Shown: one piece after another, positions 37,086 to 49,500 of the stretch
Layout of the letters: every line of letters starts with the position of its first letter
Numbering within the stretch: the stretch's first letter is position 1
Assembly: GCF_018977255.1 (NCBI RefSeq)
Contig: NW_024704743.1
Location: 43,216,001 to 43,280,000 of the forward strand
DNA: 64,000 bases
Direction: 5' to 3'
DNA from: Callorhinchus milii
Taxonomy: Eukaryota
Made by a program: the position numbers and the translations under genes
Notes under the pieces: generated by a model
Told to the model about the DNA's origin: nothing
Databases searched by the model: none
The model's input: only the letters and a program-made list of their open reading frames with translations

Positions 37086-37451
37086 CTTCCACACTCTTCT
37101 TCCTCCCCCATATTTTCCCCAACTGAACAGAATTTTTTATTTGATCGTTGCTTAGAGTGTCACAACTGTGGATTGAGTCAACAAATTATTTTTTTTGGTG
37201 GGTGGGGGAAGGATGTAAACTTAATTTTCCCACGATTTGTAGCTTTGCTGATTTGCAGCGAGCCAGTACTATTTCAGGGTATTTTCAGTGACATTGAAAA
37301 CAGATTAAAATTGGAATAAAAGCTCATTGGGGGGTGGAGTTGGGAGAGATGTTCAGTGAATTTATTGCAACAGCTAATTATTTTTATTTTAACATTTTCC
37401 TCGTTTTTTTTCTCCACAAGAGTCAATTTTAAAACCCAGTGTTCTCCCTGA

Positions 37452-38096
37452 GCAACAACAATAAAATTACATTTGTATAGTGCCTTTCACATCGGGAGGA
37501 CATCCCAAGGCCCTGGACAATCAGTTTTTTGACCCCGAGCTGGGGGTTAGGATCAGGGAGGGTGGAGGACGGGGTGAACAAGGGTAATCGAAGGCATGGG
37601 TCTTGAGAAGGTCTTGAAGGAGGCAAGGCAGGGGGCGAGGTGGAAGGACTGCGGGATGGAGTTCCAGAGGGTGGGGGCAGAGTGGCTGAAGGCCCACCCG
37701 CCAATGGTGGGGCAGGCGAGGCTGGAGACATGAAACAGGCCCACTGAACGGAGGGAGCGGGCACGTTGGTAGAGGGTTAGAAGGTTGCAGAGGTAGGGGG
37801 GAGCAGGGCCATGGACGACTTTGAAGGTGAGGACCAGGATCTTGCGTTGTGAGACAGTGGTGGAGTCGGACAATGTTGTGGAGGTGGGGCAAGGCAGAGT
37901 GGGTCATGGCGCAGATGTGGGGTAGAAAGGATAGTTGAAGGTCAAACAAGATGCCAAGGTTCTGGACTGGCTTAGTAAAGTGAAGTGTGCATCCATGGAT
38001 GGTGATGCTGTCAGCGCTTAGGTGAGGAGGTGCTGATAGGCGCCAATCAGGAATGACTCGGTCTTGCTGATATTCAACTGAAGAAAATTAGCTCTT
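37452..38096 (-). mobile_element. L2 LINE 3' part with an internal deletion
   Basis: Reverse complement of 42475-43322; peptides [54 protein letters not shown]. Confidence 0.92.
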
Positions 38097-38636
38097 TTGA
38101 TCAAGGCTAGGCTGTGTAAGATTCACATGTTTTATTCATGTGATAAAGCTGCCTCCACCCCTTTTCCACCCACTCGTGGCTTTTGGACACTGTTAAAATT
38201 TAAACGAGCGCAGCCAAGTGATTCAGCCGTGTCCTTATCAGCAGAACCTTTAATAAACCATAATAAAGCTACTGCACTGTGCATGACCTTCTCTGCCTCT
38301 CGTTCATGTACCTTGTTTTTATTTGCACTTCAACAAAGATAATCCTGAAGGCTTTTGAGCAGTGCCCCTCCTGCAAAACTTTGGTGGAAACCAGGGTTTA
38401 TTAGTGTCTGTGAAAACAGTTTCAGAATTTTGTTAGCGATCTGGAGTCGACTCAAACCCTTCTGCCTTCCTTTTGTTTCTTAAATAAAATGACATTTCCC
38501 CATTCTGTATGTTGGTGAGTCTCTCTGGATGGGCCAAGTGCTGAGTTCCCAGCTTTGAATGTTAGTCTTGTACTCACTGTGCAGGTCACGTGGTGTGTTT
38601 TACATGAGAAAAATTAGGAAAGGGCCTGTAATATTT

Positions 38637-38848
38637 GTGGAATCCTTTAGCGTTTCGGTTAGACCACTCGCCTCGCAAGCGAGAGGACCTGGGTTTGCTT
38701 CCCAGTCTGGGCAAAATGTTAGGCAAGTTTCCTTACTCCATACTCCTCTGTTTACTTAGCAGTAAGTAGGAACCCAATTGTTAGTTGATTGATGGATCGC
38801 TTTTCCGGGGGTAATAATCCCTTCAAAAAAAATCATAAACTGGTCATA
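38637..38848 (+). mobile_element. SINE, long subfamily, 5' half
   Basis: Head with CTCGC-CTCGCAA-GCGAG; CORE-like segment and the 64-nt segment 38748-38811. Confidence 0.88.
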
Positions 38849-40611
38849 AAAATGCAAACTTTCTCAGATTTTATAGGAAATTTGGTAATCTGTTTGATTC
38901 TGAAAAGGCGTTTCTGAATTACCCCTTTAAAACTACGGTGACCCAAGCAGCCAACCTCACAGAAAACCTCAAAAACTCCTGTCTGATTCAGCTCCTTTTG
39001 AACTTTGGTGATTTGTTTTTAAGGTAGAAAGAGCAGCTGGATTACAATTACTCAGAACGTCCTCTCATCTCATTGCCTTTTTGAAACCCTGTTACATTTA
39101 CTTCTCCCATTGAGAGTCCCATGTCCCAAAACAAATGGTGCTGAGGTGGAACTCTTTGTTTAATCGTGCTTTTGTTTAATCGTGCTATTCTCTAATTAAA
39201 ATAATGTGCACTCTTTCAATGAAGATCACCTTCAGATCTACCCCCAAGCAGTGACTGACGATACTTGAGAGGTGTAGAGGTCATTTAATCTCCCTCAAGT
39301 GCCGAAGGGATTTTTTGTTTGACGTACTATTTAATCCTTTTTTTGAAAAAAAGTACAACTTTGTCCCCCACTCCAGCAGCTGCAGCAGGTCCTGTGAGCT
39401 GGCAGGTTGTTGCTTTATCATTTATTGACTTTGACTTTTATTAGTCTGCAATTTGCAAGACTCCATCTAGGAGCAGAGAAAGAGTGGGTGTGACTAGTCC
39501 TGGGCACGTCATCCTCTGCACTCAGCAGTTTCTGTTCCTTTTGGTAGTTGGGTAAAATCACAGCAAAAACAGAGTTCTGTTCAGGCCTGCGAACAGGGTC
39601 AACTCCAGACGTGAAGACTCACTATTGACTTCAGTCACTTAAGAACTAAACATGTGTTTTGTTTATATTATTATAATTATATGTGTTTTGTATCCCTGTG
39701 GAACAAACTCACCCGACCACTGGAGAGTGCTGGTTGGTGTGAATCGTAAAATCTCACAAATATTCCAGTATCTTATTACTTTTCAAATCCGCACAAATGC
39801 TGATCCAAAGGCACATTGCTGATATACACATGCATATGCTTATACAGGCATGCTGTTATAGTTTCACACAGACACTTGGACAACTCACTATCGAATTGGG
39901 CACAGGTTGTGACAATATTTTGAGTGCCTCGGTACCTGCTGTAATGCACAAGTCTCTTTGACATCAGCACTTCTTAATTTGCAGCATTTTTTTTACAACA
40001 GCAAGAGCACGGTGAGAATATTTTTGATATATAACTCATGTATAATTCAGTTCCATCCTAATAGCAAGGTTTAGATTGATATGTGCATCTTTGCTCTTAT
40101 TCTTTGTACTTTTTCAAATCAACTTCACTTACATGCTTGTGACCTCCAGGGATTCAGACTGTGGATCGTGGAATTAACTGTTGCTCTCTAAAATGCAGAA
40201 TGAGCTTTTAAGTCATTTTTTGTATCGTCTGATAAAGTCGAGCAGATTTCTGATCACAGACCAGAGAACTGTGCTGGGAGTGCATCCACGGACATTGGAT
40301 AAGAGACATAGGATCGGGCTCAACTACCCCACATTATCAAATAGCCTGTCAGCATCCTCTGGGCTCACACATAGAGAAATACTATTTGGATGAAATATTG
40401 GAGTCAGTCTTGGAATGTAGCCTAACAAGTTAGGTCTGGGAGGGAGGGAGGAAAATAGTGTAAATTTGCAAGACAGTGCATTTACGATACACTTTTATTC
40501 CATCACTTTTCTGATTAGGCTCCTGTAGGCATATATTATGCCAGTGAACATATTAGACTCGTCTGACGGGAGGTGTGTTAAGAGAGAGAACCTCACTGTC
40601 ACATTTGTCAA

Positions 40612-40930
40612 ATAATCCTTTCATTTTGTGTTCTGTCCAATGTCAAAATCTCAAAGCACTTTAGAGTAATTACTGTAGAGTAGTAGTACTTTAGAGTAGT
40701 GGCTGTATTTGTAGCAAAAGCAGCAGCCAATTTGTGCACAGTAATATCTTACAAACAGCCAGGAGGTGAATGACCAATTTAATCTGGGGAATGTTGGCCA
40801 GGACATCGAGAGAAATGTTTCTTTTTACAAATAGTGTCACAGGTCCTTTAATGTCCACCCAAACAGGTATATGGGACCTCGGTTTAATATCTCGTACAAA
40901 GGAAGGCACCTCCAACAATGCGGCACACGC
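40612..40930 (-). mobile_element. DeuSINE-like element
   Basis: gcagccaatttgtgcac..tgaatgaccaattt..gttggccaggacat..tttaatgtccac..cctcggtttaatatctc..ggcacctccaac. Confidence 0.8.
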
Positions 40931-41061
40931 CCAACATCGCATTAGACACTGCTTTGTTGATTTTTACAAAAGTAACATGCAGTTAAATGAGTCCAGATTC
41001 TCATGCAAATGGTCAGTGAACCTGCAAATGTGGTCACCATTGCCACAGAAAGCAAACAAAT

Positions 41062-41255
41062 GTTACAGAATCATAGAAATTTATAACGCAGAAGGAGGCG
41101 AGAGCTGTACTTTCAATCGTACTGCCCTATATCCATTACCTCTTCAAGCCTCTATCCTTCACATACCTACCCACCTACTTCCTTCATGAAACCCACAATG
41201 GACTCCGCCTCTACCGCCTTGTCAGGGCATTCCACATCCCAACAACTCTCTGTTA
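41062..41255 (-). mobile_element. CR1 3' tail fragment
   Basis: agaatcatagaaatttataacgcagaaggaggc..gcattccacatcccaacaactctctg. Confidence 0.65.
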
Positions 41256-41276
41256 ACCTTTGCAACTTTCACACTT

Positions 41277-41600
41277 GTGGAGTCCTGTAGCTCAGTGGTT
41301 AGAGCACTCGACTCACAAGCGAGTTTCCTTACTTTCCTTACGCCTCTGTTTACCTAGCAGTAATTAGGAACCCAGTTGTTAACCGATTGGTGGATCGCTT
41401 TTCCAGGGTAATAATTCCTTCAAAAAAATATTTGTCACTCAGTCCACAACTGTTTGTGGGACACTGCTGTGCGCAATTGACTGCTGCGTTTTGCCCTCAA
41501 AATATATACAGTCAATTCACTTTACAGTATATTCTGTGAAGAGCTTTGAGGCATCTCAAAGATGTGATAAGGCGCTATATCAAATGCAAGGATTATTATT
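41277..41600 (+). mobile_element. SINE, long subfamily (B-box region deleted)
   Basis: gtggagtcctgtagctcagtggttagagc..gcctctgtttacctagcagtaattaggaaccc..caaatgcaaggattattatt. Confidence 0.92.
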
Positions 41601-41724
41601 GTCCAATCAGCCCAATGATGTGGTGCTGCAGACACAACAAACTATAATATAAATTATAATAATAATCTTTACATCTCAGCCCAAAGCTGGAGAAAGAGAG
41701 CTGTGAAACAGATTTCCCTTCTCT

Positions 41725-43322
41725 TTCCACTTCGACCACATCCCTACCCCTCTCCTTATCTCCCAGCTCCACCTCCTTGCCCCTCTACTCACAGACATCA
41801 TAAACCTCTCCCTGTCCACTGGTACTGTTCCCACCCCATTAAGAATAGCCGTCATCACTCCTATCCTCAAAAAACCCTCCCTGGACTCATCTGTGCTCTC
41901 AAACTACTGTTTCATCTCCAACCTCCCTTTCCTCTCCAAGGTTCTGGAACAAGTTGTTGCTTCCCATCTTTGCTTCTTCCTCACCTGCCACTCCCTTCAC
42001 AAACCCCTCCAATTGGGTTTCCGTGCCACCCACAGCACAGAAACAGCTCTGGTCAAAGTGACAAATGACATTCTGTCCATCTGCGACCAGGGCTCCCTCT
42101 GCCTCCTCGTCCTCCTTGATCTCTCTGCTGCTTTTGACACCGTTGACCACTCTATCGCCTTTCCTCTCACCTCAACATTCACGGCTCTGTCCTTGACTGG
42201 TTCAAATCGTACCTCTCACACAGTCTCCACTTCATCTCCACAAGCGGTTTCTCCTCTAGCCCCCACATTGTCTCGTGTGGTGTTCCTCAGGGCTCTGTCC
42301 TTGGTCCCTCCTCTTCAATATCTATATGCTCCCTCTTGGTGACATCATCCGCAGATGTGGGGTCAACTTCCACATGTATGCGGATGACACCAAACTCTAT
42401 CTCTCTGCCTCCACCCTCGACACCAGGACCACTGCTGTCCTGACAGAATGTCTGTCAGACATCAAGTCCTGGATGAGAGCTAACTTTCTTCAGTTGAACG
42501 TCAATAAGACTGAGGCTCTCCTGATTGGCTCCCGTCAGCGTCTCCTCACCTCAGGCGCTGACAGTATCCCCATCCATGGTTGCACACTCCACCTTACTAA
42601 GCCAGTCTGGAACATTGGGGTCTTGTTTGACCCTCAACTATCCTTTCTACCCCACATCCGTGCCATGTCCCGCTCTGCCTTCCCCCACCTCCGAAATATT
42701 GCCCGGCTCCGCCACTGTCTCACACCGCAGGCCACCGAAACCCTCATCCAAACATTCATGACAAGGAGGCTTGACTATGCAAACTCATTGCTTGTCAGTC
42801 TCTCCAACTCCTCCCTCCATAGACTGCAAATCATCCCATGCCTGTTCCCGCACCAGGCTCTGTGACCCTATCACCCCACGCTCTCCCGACTCCACTGGGT
42901 TTCCATCACACAGAGGATACAGTTCAATATCCTGGTCCTCACCTTCAAAGCCCTCCCTACCTCAGCGACCTCTTACCCACTACCATCCTGACCTCTCCCT
43001 CTGCTCAGGGGGCTCCGGCCTGCTTCACGTTCCCCACTTTGCCTGCCCCACCATTGGCGGGCGGGCCTTCTGCCCACTCTGCTCCCACTCTCTGGAACTC
43101 CAACCCGCAATCCCTCCCTTCACCCCCTCCCTTGTCTCCTTCAAGACTCATCTCAAGACCCTCCTCTTCGGCTGTGCTTTTGATCACCCTGCTTCCCCCC
43201 TGCCCTCCATTCTCCCCGGTCCTGACCTCCAGCTCAGGACCGAAACTGAATGTCCAGCGCCTTGGGACATCTTCCTGACGTGAAAGCCTTATACAAGTGT
43301 AATCTTGTTGATTTTTGTTATT
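41725..43322 (+). mobile_element. L2 LINE, 5'-truncated, with frameshifted RT domain and 3' stem-loop tail
   Basis: [70 protein letters not shown] (YADD 42377-42388), RLDYANSLL; several frameshifts. Confidence 0.97.
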
Positions 43323-44282
43323 GTATTTTCTGCCCCACCCCCCCCATATATGATGATATCTACATTTGTCTTGTGGTTTTTGCAATAAACCACATTCTGA
43401 ACATGTATATGTGCACTAATTAGCACTGGATCCTATTTGCTTCCTTACAGAATGAATGACCTTGCTGTTTAAGTGAGCTGTTTGTATTTTAGTCACCAAA
43501 AGCTTTTATTGATGCCACACTGCAAAATGGGAAACCCGTAAAACTACTGATGAAAGCCATATCAAAGCCATGAATCATTCTGTGCTGAACTGGTGTGTCA
43601 AGATACCATCAGCTGATTTCTGAAAACACCAACAAAGGAGAGTGACTGAAGCTGAAACACTTTGGCCCTGAAACGGATGTTCCACCTTCCTGAATGAACA
43701 GTAGCCATAAAATCGCTCTCAGCACCACTGTGAATACCGCTGTATCCGTCTGACAGTGACGCAGGACACAGGTTGCAGTCAGTGGGTGCAAACACCAAAT
43801 AGACAATGGAGATGTCATGTCTCATGCTAATCTGTTCCAGTGTAGTGCAGTCTCCTGTGAAGCCAGTGCTATTACACACACTGGTCTGGAGAGTTCCTCA
43901 GTTCCACTCTGTTTGCTCTCTGTGCCCGCTTTTCTTTGATCATCTTCTGATCTCAGACTCATAATGGGCTGAAGATCTGTCATCTCCATGATGCTATAAA
44001 TACAGTCAATTATGACGGTAGTTTCCTTACTCCGAAGTGCAACTGGCAAAAACACCCCTTTTCCAATCTGCTCTTTCCCTACTCACTCATGATTTACAAT
44101 CCATACAGGAGTCTTTACACAAAAGCTCTCCAATGCATGTGGTGTTTTGGTTTGTACAAGCTTATATTTGGTGCTGAGTAGAGTGTACAGGGTCACTAGT
44201 TAGTGTAAAATGAATGGGGGGTTTACAACACAACCAAGTGGTTGAATTACGGCCGGCCTGCTTAATACCAGAATTTCCTAAA

Positions 44283-45297
44283 ATAATATAATAATCCTTG
44301 CATTTGATGTGGCACCTTATCAACCCTCAGTGATGTCTGAAAGTGCTTCACAGGATATAGACTGCCTGTCGAACATCAAGTCCTGGATGAGAGCTAACTT
44401 TCTCTAGTTGAATGTCAACAAGACTGATGCCCTCCTGCATAGCTCCCGTCAGCGCCTCCGTACCTCAGGTGCTGACAGCATCACCCTTCGTGAACCCCAG
44501 GGTCCTGTTTAGCCCTCAACTGTCCTCATCCCCCACATCCCCATGCCATGACCTGCTCCGCTTTTACCCACCTCTGCAACATTGCCTGGCTCCGCCACTG
44601 TCTCTCACCGAGGGCCACCTCATCCATGCGTTTATCACATCCAGGCTCGACTACGCAAACTCCCTGCTTGTCAGCTTCCCCGACTCCTCTCTCCGCAGGC
44701 TACAGATCATCTAGAACTCAGCAGCCCGTGTCCTCTCCTGCACTAGGCTCGGTGACCCTATCACCCCCATCCTCACCCGACTCCACTGGCTTCCCATTAC
44801 ACAGAGGAAACAGTTCAAGATCCTGGTCCTCACCTTCAAAGCCCTCCATGGCCTTGCTCCTCCCTACCTCTGTGAACTCCTAACCCCCTACCAAACTGTC
44901 CACTCCCTCCGATCAGCAGGCTCTGGCCTGCTTCACGTTCCCCACCTGCCTGCCCCACCATTGGCGGGCGGGCGGGCCTTTAACCTGGAATCCATCCCAC
45001 AGTCCCTCCACCTCACCCCCATGCTTGCCTCCTTCAAAACCCATCTCAAGACCCTCCTCTTCGACCATGCCTTCAGTCACCCTCCGACCCCTACCCTTCC
45101 CGCCCTCCACCCCTCCTGATCCCAACCACCAGCTCGGGTGCAGAATCCTGACTGTCCAGGACCTTGGGACGTTCTCCTGATGTGAAAGGTGCTCTAGAAA
45201 TGTAATTTGTTGTTGTTTAATATAGCAGCCAATTTGCACACAGCAATGTCTCACAACAGCTGTGGAGTGAATAACCCATTTATTTGGGAGATTGTCA
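44283..45297 (-). mobile_element. Old SINE 3' part split by an L2 insertion
   Basis: Tail at 44283-44360; body resumes at ~45222 (gcagccaatttgcacacagcaatgtctcaca). Confidence 0.7.
44361..45217 (+). mobile_element. L2 LINE 3' part
   Basis: Homologous to 42445-43322; [17 protein letters not shown]; (TTG)n tail. Confidence 0.93.
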
Positions 45298-45994
45298 GTT
45301 TACTGTACCTTTCATTTTGTATTCATTATTGAAAATTTCACAATTTCATATCCGCTGTGAAAGAAATAATTCAGGTGCCTGCCCTGAAATTGCCCTTCAT
45401 TCTGAAAATCAGGAAAGCGGTTCAGTGCTCCAGAGCATTAATGACATGTAATGTGAGAATTCACCTCACATCCGTTCGGTTTGGAAGAAAAATGTTTTGT
45501 AGCACGTAGCGCCTGTCCAGCACACAAACCTCTGGGATTTCCTATTTTATACAGAATAAGGCTATAACAAAAGGAGGCCTTTAACAACAGGAGGTGAGTG
45601 AACCCAGTCACCAAGACACCCACTCCTTTCATTTGCATCTTCATTAACCCCCAACTGGAAGCAATGTTGTTGGTAGATATAAGCAGCTGAATCAGTATGA
45701 TCCACACGTTCCCTCATAATGTTGTGGTTGGGAGGTGAATAAATAGTATATTTTTAAGGAAACCCATTTTTTGTTTAAAGGAAAAGTATTTTTTTGTTTT
45801 TACAGAATTTTTTTTTTTGTATTTTGAAAGCTGTCTTCCCTTTCTGTGAATGTTTCGTAGCAAACAGGAGCAATGAAATAGTAAGGCAGGTTAAAACTAC
45901 AGATGTTGCGAAAGATATTTTACTGCACGTTGGCCTGAACCAATGAACAGCAGGTCAGGAAAGGTCGGTGATGAATGTTTAGAGATGGGTATTT

Positions 45995-46196
45995 CTTCCG
46001 GTTTCCTGGCCATCAATCCCCCAAATAAAATTGGTCATTCATTCCACAGCTGTTTGTGGGACATTGCTGTGTGCAACATTAGCTGATGGGCTCACACATA
46101 AACACACAGTTTCCTAATTACCGTATATCCTGTCAAGTGCTTTGAGATGTCCTCCTGACATGAAAGGTGCTATATCAAATGTAAGGATTATTGTTG
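45995..46196 (+). mobile_element. DeuSINE-like 3' half
   Basis: cctggccatcaatcccccaaataaaattggtcattc..tttgagatgtcctcctgacatgaaaggtgctatatcaaatgtaaggattatt. Confidence 0.8.
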
Positions 46197-46368
46197 TACA
46201 ATATTCTGCCTTGTTCTCAAATTGCAAATTTAAAACAGCCTCCAGTATTTGGGGAAACGAGTAGTGTTTCTGCTGCATGTAGATATAATGATAATAATCT
46301 TCGCATTTGATACAGCGCGTTTCACATCAGGAGGATGTCTCCAGAGCACTTCACAGGATCTACTGTGA

Positions 46369-46583
46369 ACTGAGGTTTCCATGCATCCCACCTACACATG
46401 GAGATCCCAGAGATAGATTGTTTGAATGGAATGTGCACTCTCTCCCTGGAGGGACACATCCTGCTTACCTAATTCTGGAAAGTATTAGGCGCAGGTTGGC
46501 AAGAGCCAAGGTTTGGGGACTCCAGAGTGTGCGTTGGGGTCCCCAAGCCTTGGCTCTTGTCAACCCGAGCCTCATACTTACCA
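46369..46583. mobile_element. Foldback DNA element including its palindromic centre
   Basis: 44-bp arms 46481-46524 and 46535-46578 (6 mismatches) around a 10-nt spacer; the left part matches 21909-22072. Confidence 0.85.
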
Positions 46584-49500
46584 CATAGCTTACCTTACAC
46601 TATACTGTAAGAGTGCAAGGTATAATAACTGTATTTTGTAGGCAAACATTTTGTAGATCCATTGATAGTCGAAGCTTGCTGTACAGCTGTTGCACTAGAC
46701 GTCTGGACAGATTTACAAATTGCTGGTAAAAATTCAAAGTCTTGAGTTACAAGCTGGCCTCAAATTGTCAGCGGATGCAGTGGGCCATATTTAGAGCCGC
46801 TTGCTTTGATAAAGTCTCCCCTGTTCCCATTAGTGTTCTTGGGCACCGCAGTGAAATGGATTTTTTTTCTTTAATACCAAAGTGCTGATCTGAGCTGAGA
46901 ACAGCTGGACCGAAGATAAAAGATTTGGAGAGGATGGATCATCTTCCAGGAGCTCTGCTTAATCCCCGACCATATTAAAAATGTTAAATCAGAGCCCAGT
47001 GATTTCTCCAGGGTACATGATGGTAATTGTTTCTTCCGAATCAGTAAAGGCAAAACTACTTTGCGCACGTTGAGCTGCACAGTCGAGCCTTAATAAATGC
47101 AAACCCTCGTCCGAGAATAACCTTTCTTGACCAATTTAATTGCGCATCTATCAGCACTCGGCAGCAAGGATCACATCCTCTCAGTGCCTGTGGATTTTCC
47201 TACTAACAAGTGCGCTGTTGGGGGATTACCTCCTGTAAAGAATAGCGGCCTTTATTTTCCATCTTCAAACTCGGAAGAATCATGGCAGAATCATTCCTCC
47301 AATAATGCATTTAATTACTTCACTTACAGCCACTTGACATATGGCTCTGAATCATCCCGCACTGTTGGACTCCAAAGATAGAGTGCCATTTTAATTACGT
47401 TTTCACTGACACTCCTATAGCAGCTCCCTCAGATTGTGAGAATCTGCCAGGTCATGTGCATTACCTATCGCGGGACGCCCTGGGCTTTCGGTTTCGGAGA
47501 TAAAGCTTCGGCTTTGTTCACACACAAAAAATAACTTGACCGTTTGCGGGCAAGCACATTCGTTCCAAACAAAATGCAAAGCCATTCAGGATTAATGACA
47601 GAGTCTGATTTTAGTTTCTTGTAACCTCAGATTGACTAAAGGAAAAAAAATACCCATATTCAATCACTGATCCAAACCCTAATACGTACTCCTGGCACAA
47701 GATATTTTTAAACTGTGCTAACACAATCCGTCCCCGTTCTTGTCTGTCGGTGGTAAGCTGGCTGCTGTACAACAACATCTTGTACTGATATTATGGCTCG
47801 CACATTGGGTGACATCTCAGAGCACTTCACAGCGACATCGTGGATTACTGAGCTGGGGATGGAATTTGTTTTGGGGGTGGGGAGGGAGTGGGATTGTCAA
47901 AGCACAGTCAAAGAGATGGTTGCGAGGAATATCTTCTGATAACTGTTTTTACTTCTCATTGAAGTATCCTGCTGTGATGCCGGGTTTCCACACAAACCTC
48001 ACGTTACACCTTTGGATGGTGGGGGGGGGGGGGGGGGTGGCATTTAGTGATCGCCAAGCATTTCAAATGTGGTAGCATTAACAGTGCTATCATGACAGAC
48101 ATGGCACAAAGTATCTTTTTTNAAATCATCTTTGTTATAATAATCCTTAATATAATAATCCTTGCATTTCATATAGTGCCTTATCATGTCTTTTAAGACA
48201 TCTCAACACACTTCACAGAATATCCTGAAAAGAGAGTTGACTGTATATTTTGTGGGTGAAATGCAGCAGCCAGGAAAGTAGCCAGGAAATTGTGCACAAT
48301 TTTAAATTAAAAAATCCTCTGGCTTGAAATAAAACCCATTTCCGGGATTCTTCTTGTTCCCCTGTGAAAGGCAGTAGTTCCTGTGAATGATTTTCTGGCT
48401 GAGCATCAGAGAAACCGTGATCTGACCTGATCACACAAGTCATTTGGCATTTGTTGGGCTGCACCTTAGGACTTCTACAGTGTATCGTTTATCTTTTTGC
48501 CAAAGTTTTTTTTTGAAAACTATCCATCTATCTCCCTTTGGCTTTTTTTGGGTGACTAACTTAAATATACAACCTCTAGTTACTGTTTATTATCAAAACT
48601 CTGTGAATGTTGAATACCCATTCCGGGTCTCCTCATAACCTTCTCTGCTCTCAACCCTCTCTGCTCGTGTGAACAGCCCCAGTTTATCTAATCTTGCCTC
48701 ACAAGTGTTTATCAAAATTTATACAAAAGATAAGTATTGCCGCCCTTCTGCTGAGTATTTTTGTGGCTGTTTCTCACCGAGTAGCTGTCTGTTCGGAGAC
48801 TGACTATGCACTGGGTGCCTGTGAGTTGCTGTGCCATTCCTGGGAGTGCTGAGGATGTCCCAATGGTCCTTAGACAATGTGGAACACAATAAACTTCTTT
48901 GCATTTGATATGGTGTATTCATCTTCAAAATGCAGTGTAGTGACTGTGTATTTTGTAGGCAAATACACCAACTGATTTGTGCACAGCAATGTCCTATAAA
49001 CAAGCAAGAAGTGAATGACCAATCTTACCTGGTCATCCTTCCTTCCCATAATCAAACTTAATTAATAATTTTTTNGGGGGAAGTGGTTCATCGGATCAGA
49101 TTTAACATCTTTATTGTGTGTGGTGCAAGTGTGTGTATGTATGTGGGTGGGTGGTGGGGGGTGCTGTTGGGGAGTGTTCAATTTGCTTTTTTTTCTGCTT
49201 AGAAATGAAAAAAAGGTGAAAAGGTTAAGACATAAATCAATACCAGTTCATTTTCTAAGATGGGAGTGGGTAGTGCTTGTTAGAACTAATGTGTGTCTCT
49301 GGCATACCGCTGATGACAACCTGTCAGAATAGCATGTGTCTGCTTGCTCTCTGCTCCTCGAATATAAAGTACAGATGATTCAGAAATCTATTTGTAGCAG
49401 TTCACAACTGCTATTTTTGTCGTCCTGGCCAGTCTCCTCAACAGTTGTATTGATTCATTTCCTTCAAAAAAAATTACTTCTCTGGATGGTTCAGGATTAC

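Noticed and set aside
39155..39186. Perfect 16-bp tandem duplication TTTGTTTAATCGTGCT x2
   Set aside because: Ordinary slippage duplication; two units without spacers, so not CRISPR-like
43598..44055. Overlapping minus-strand ORFs between two L2 copies
   Set aside because: No recognisable protein or transposase motifs
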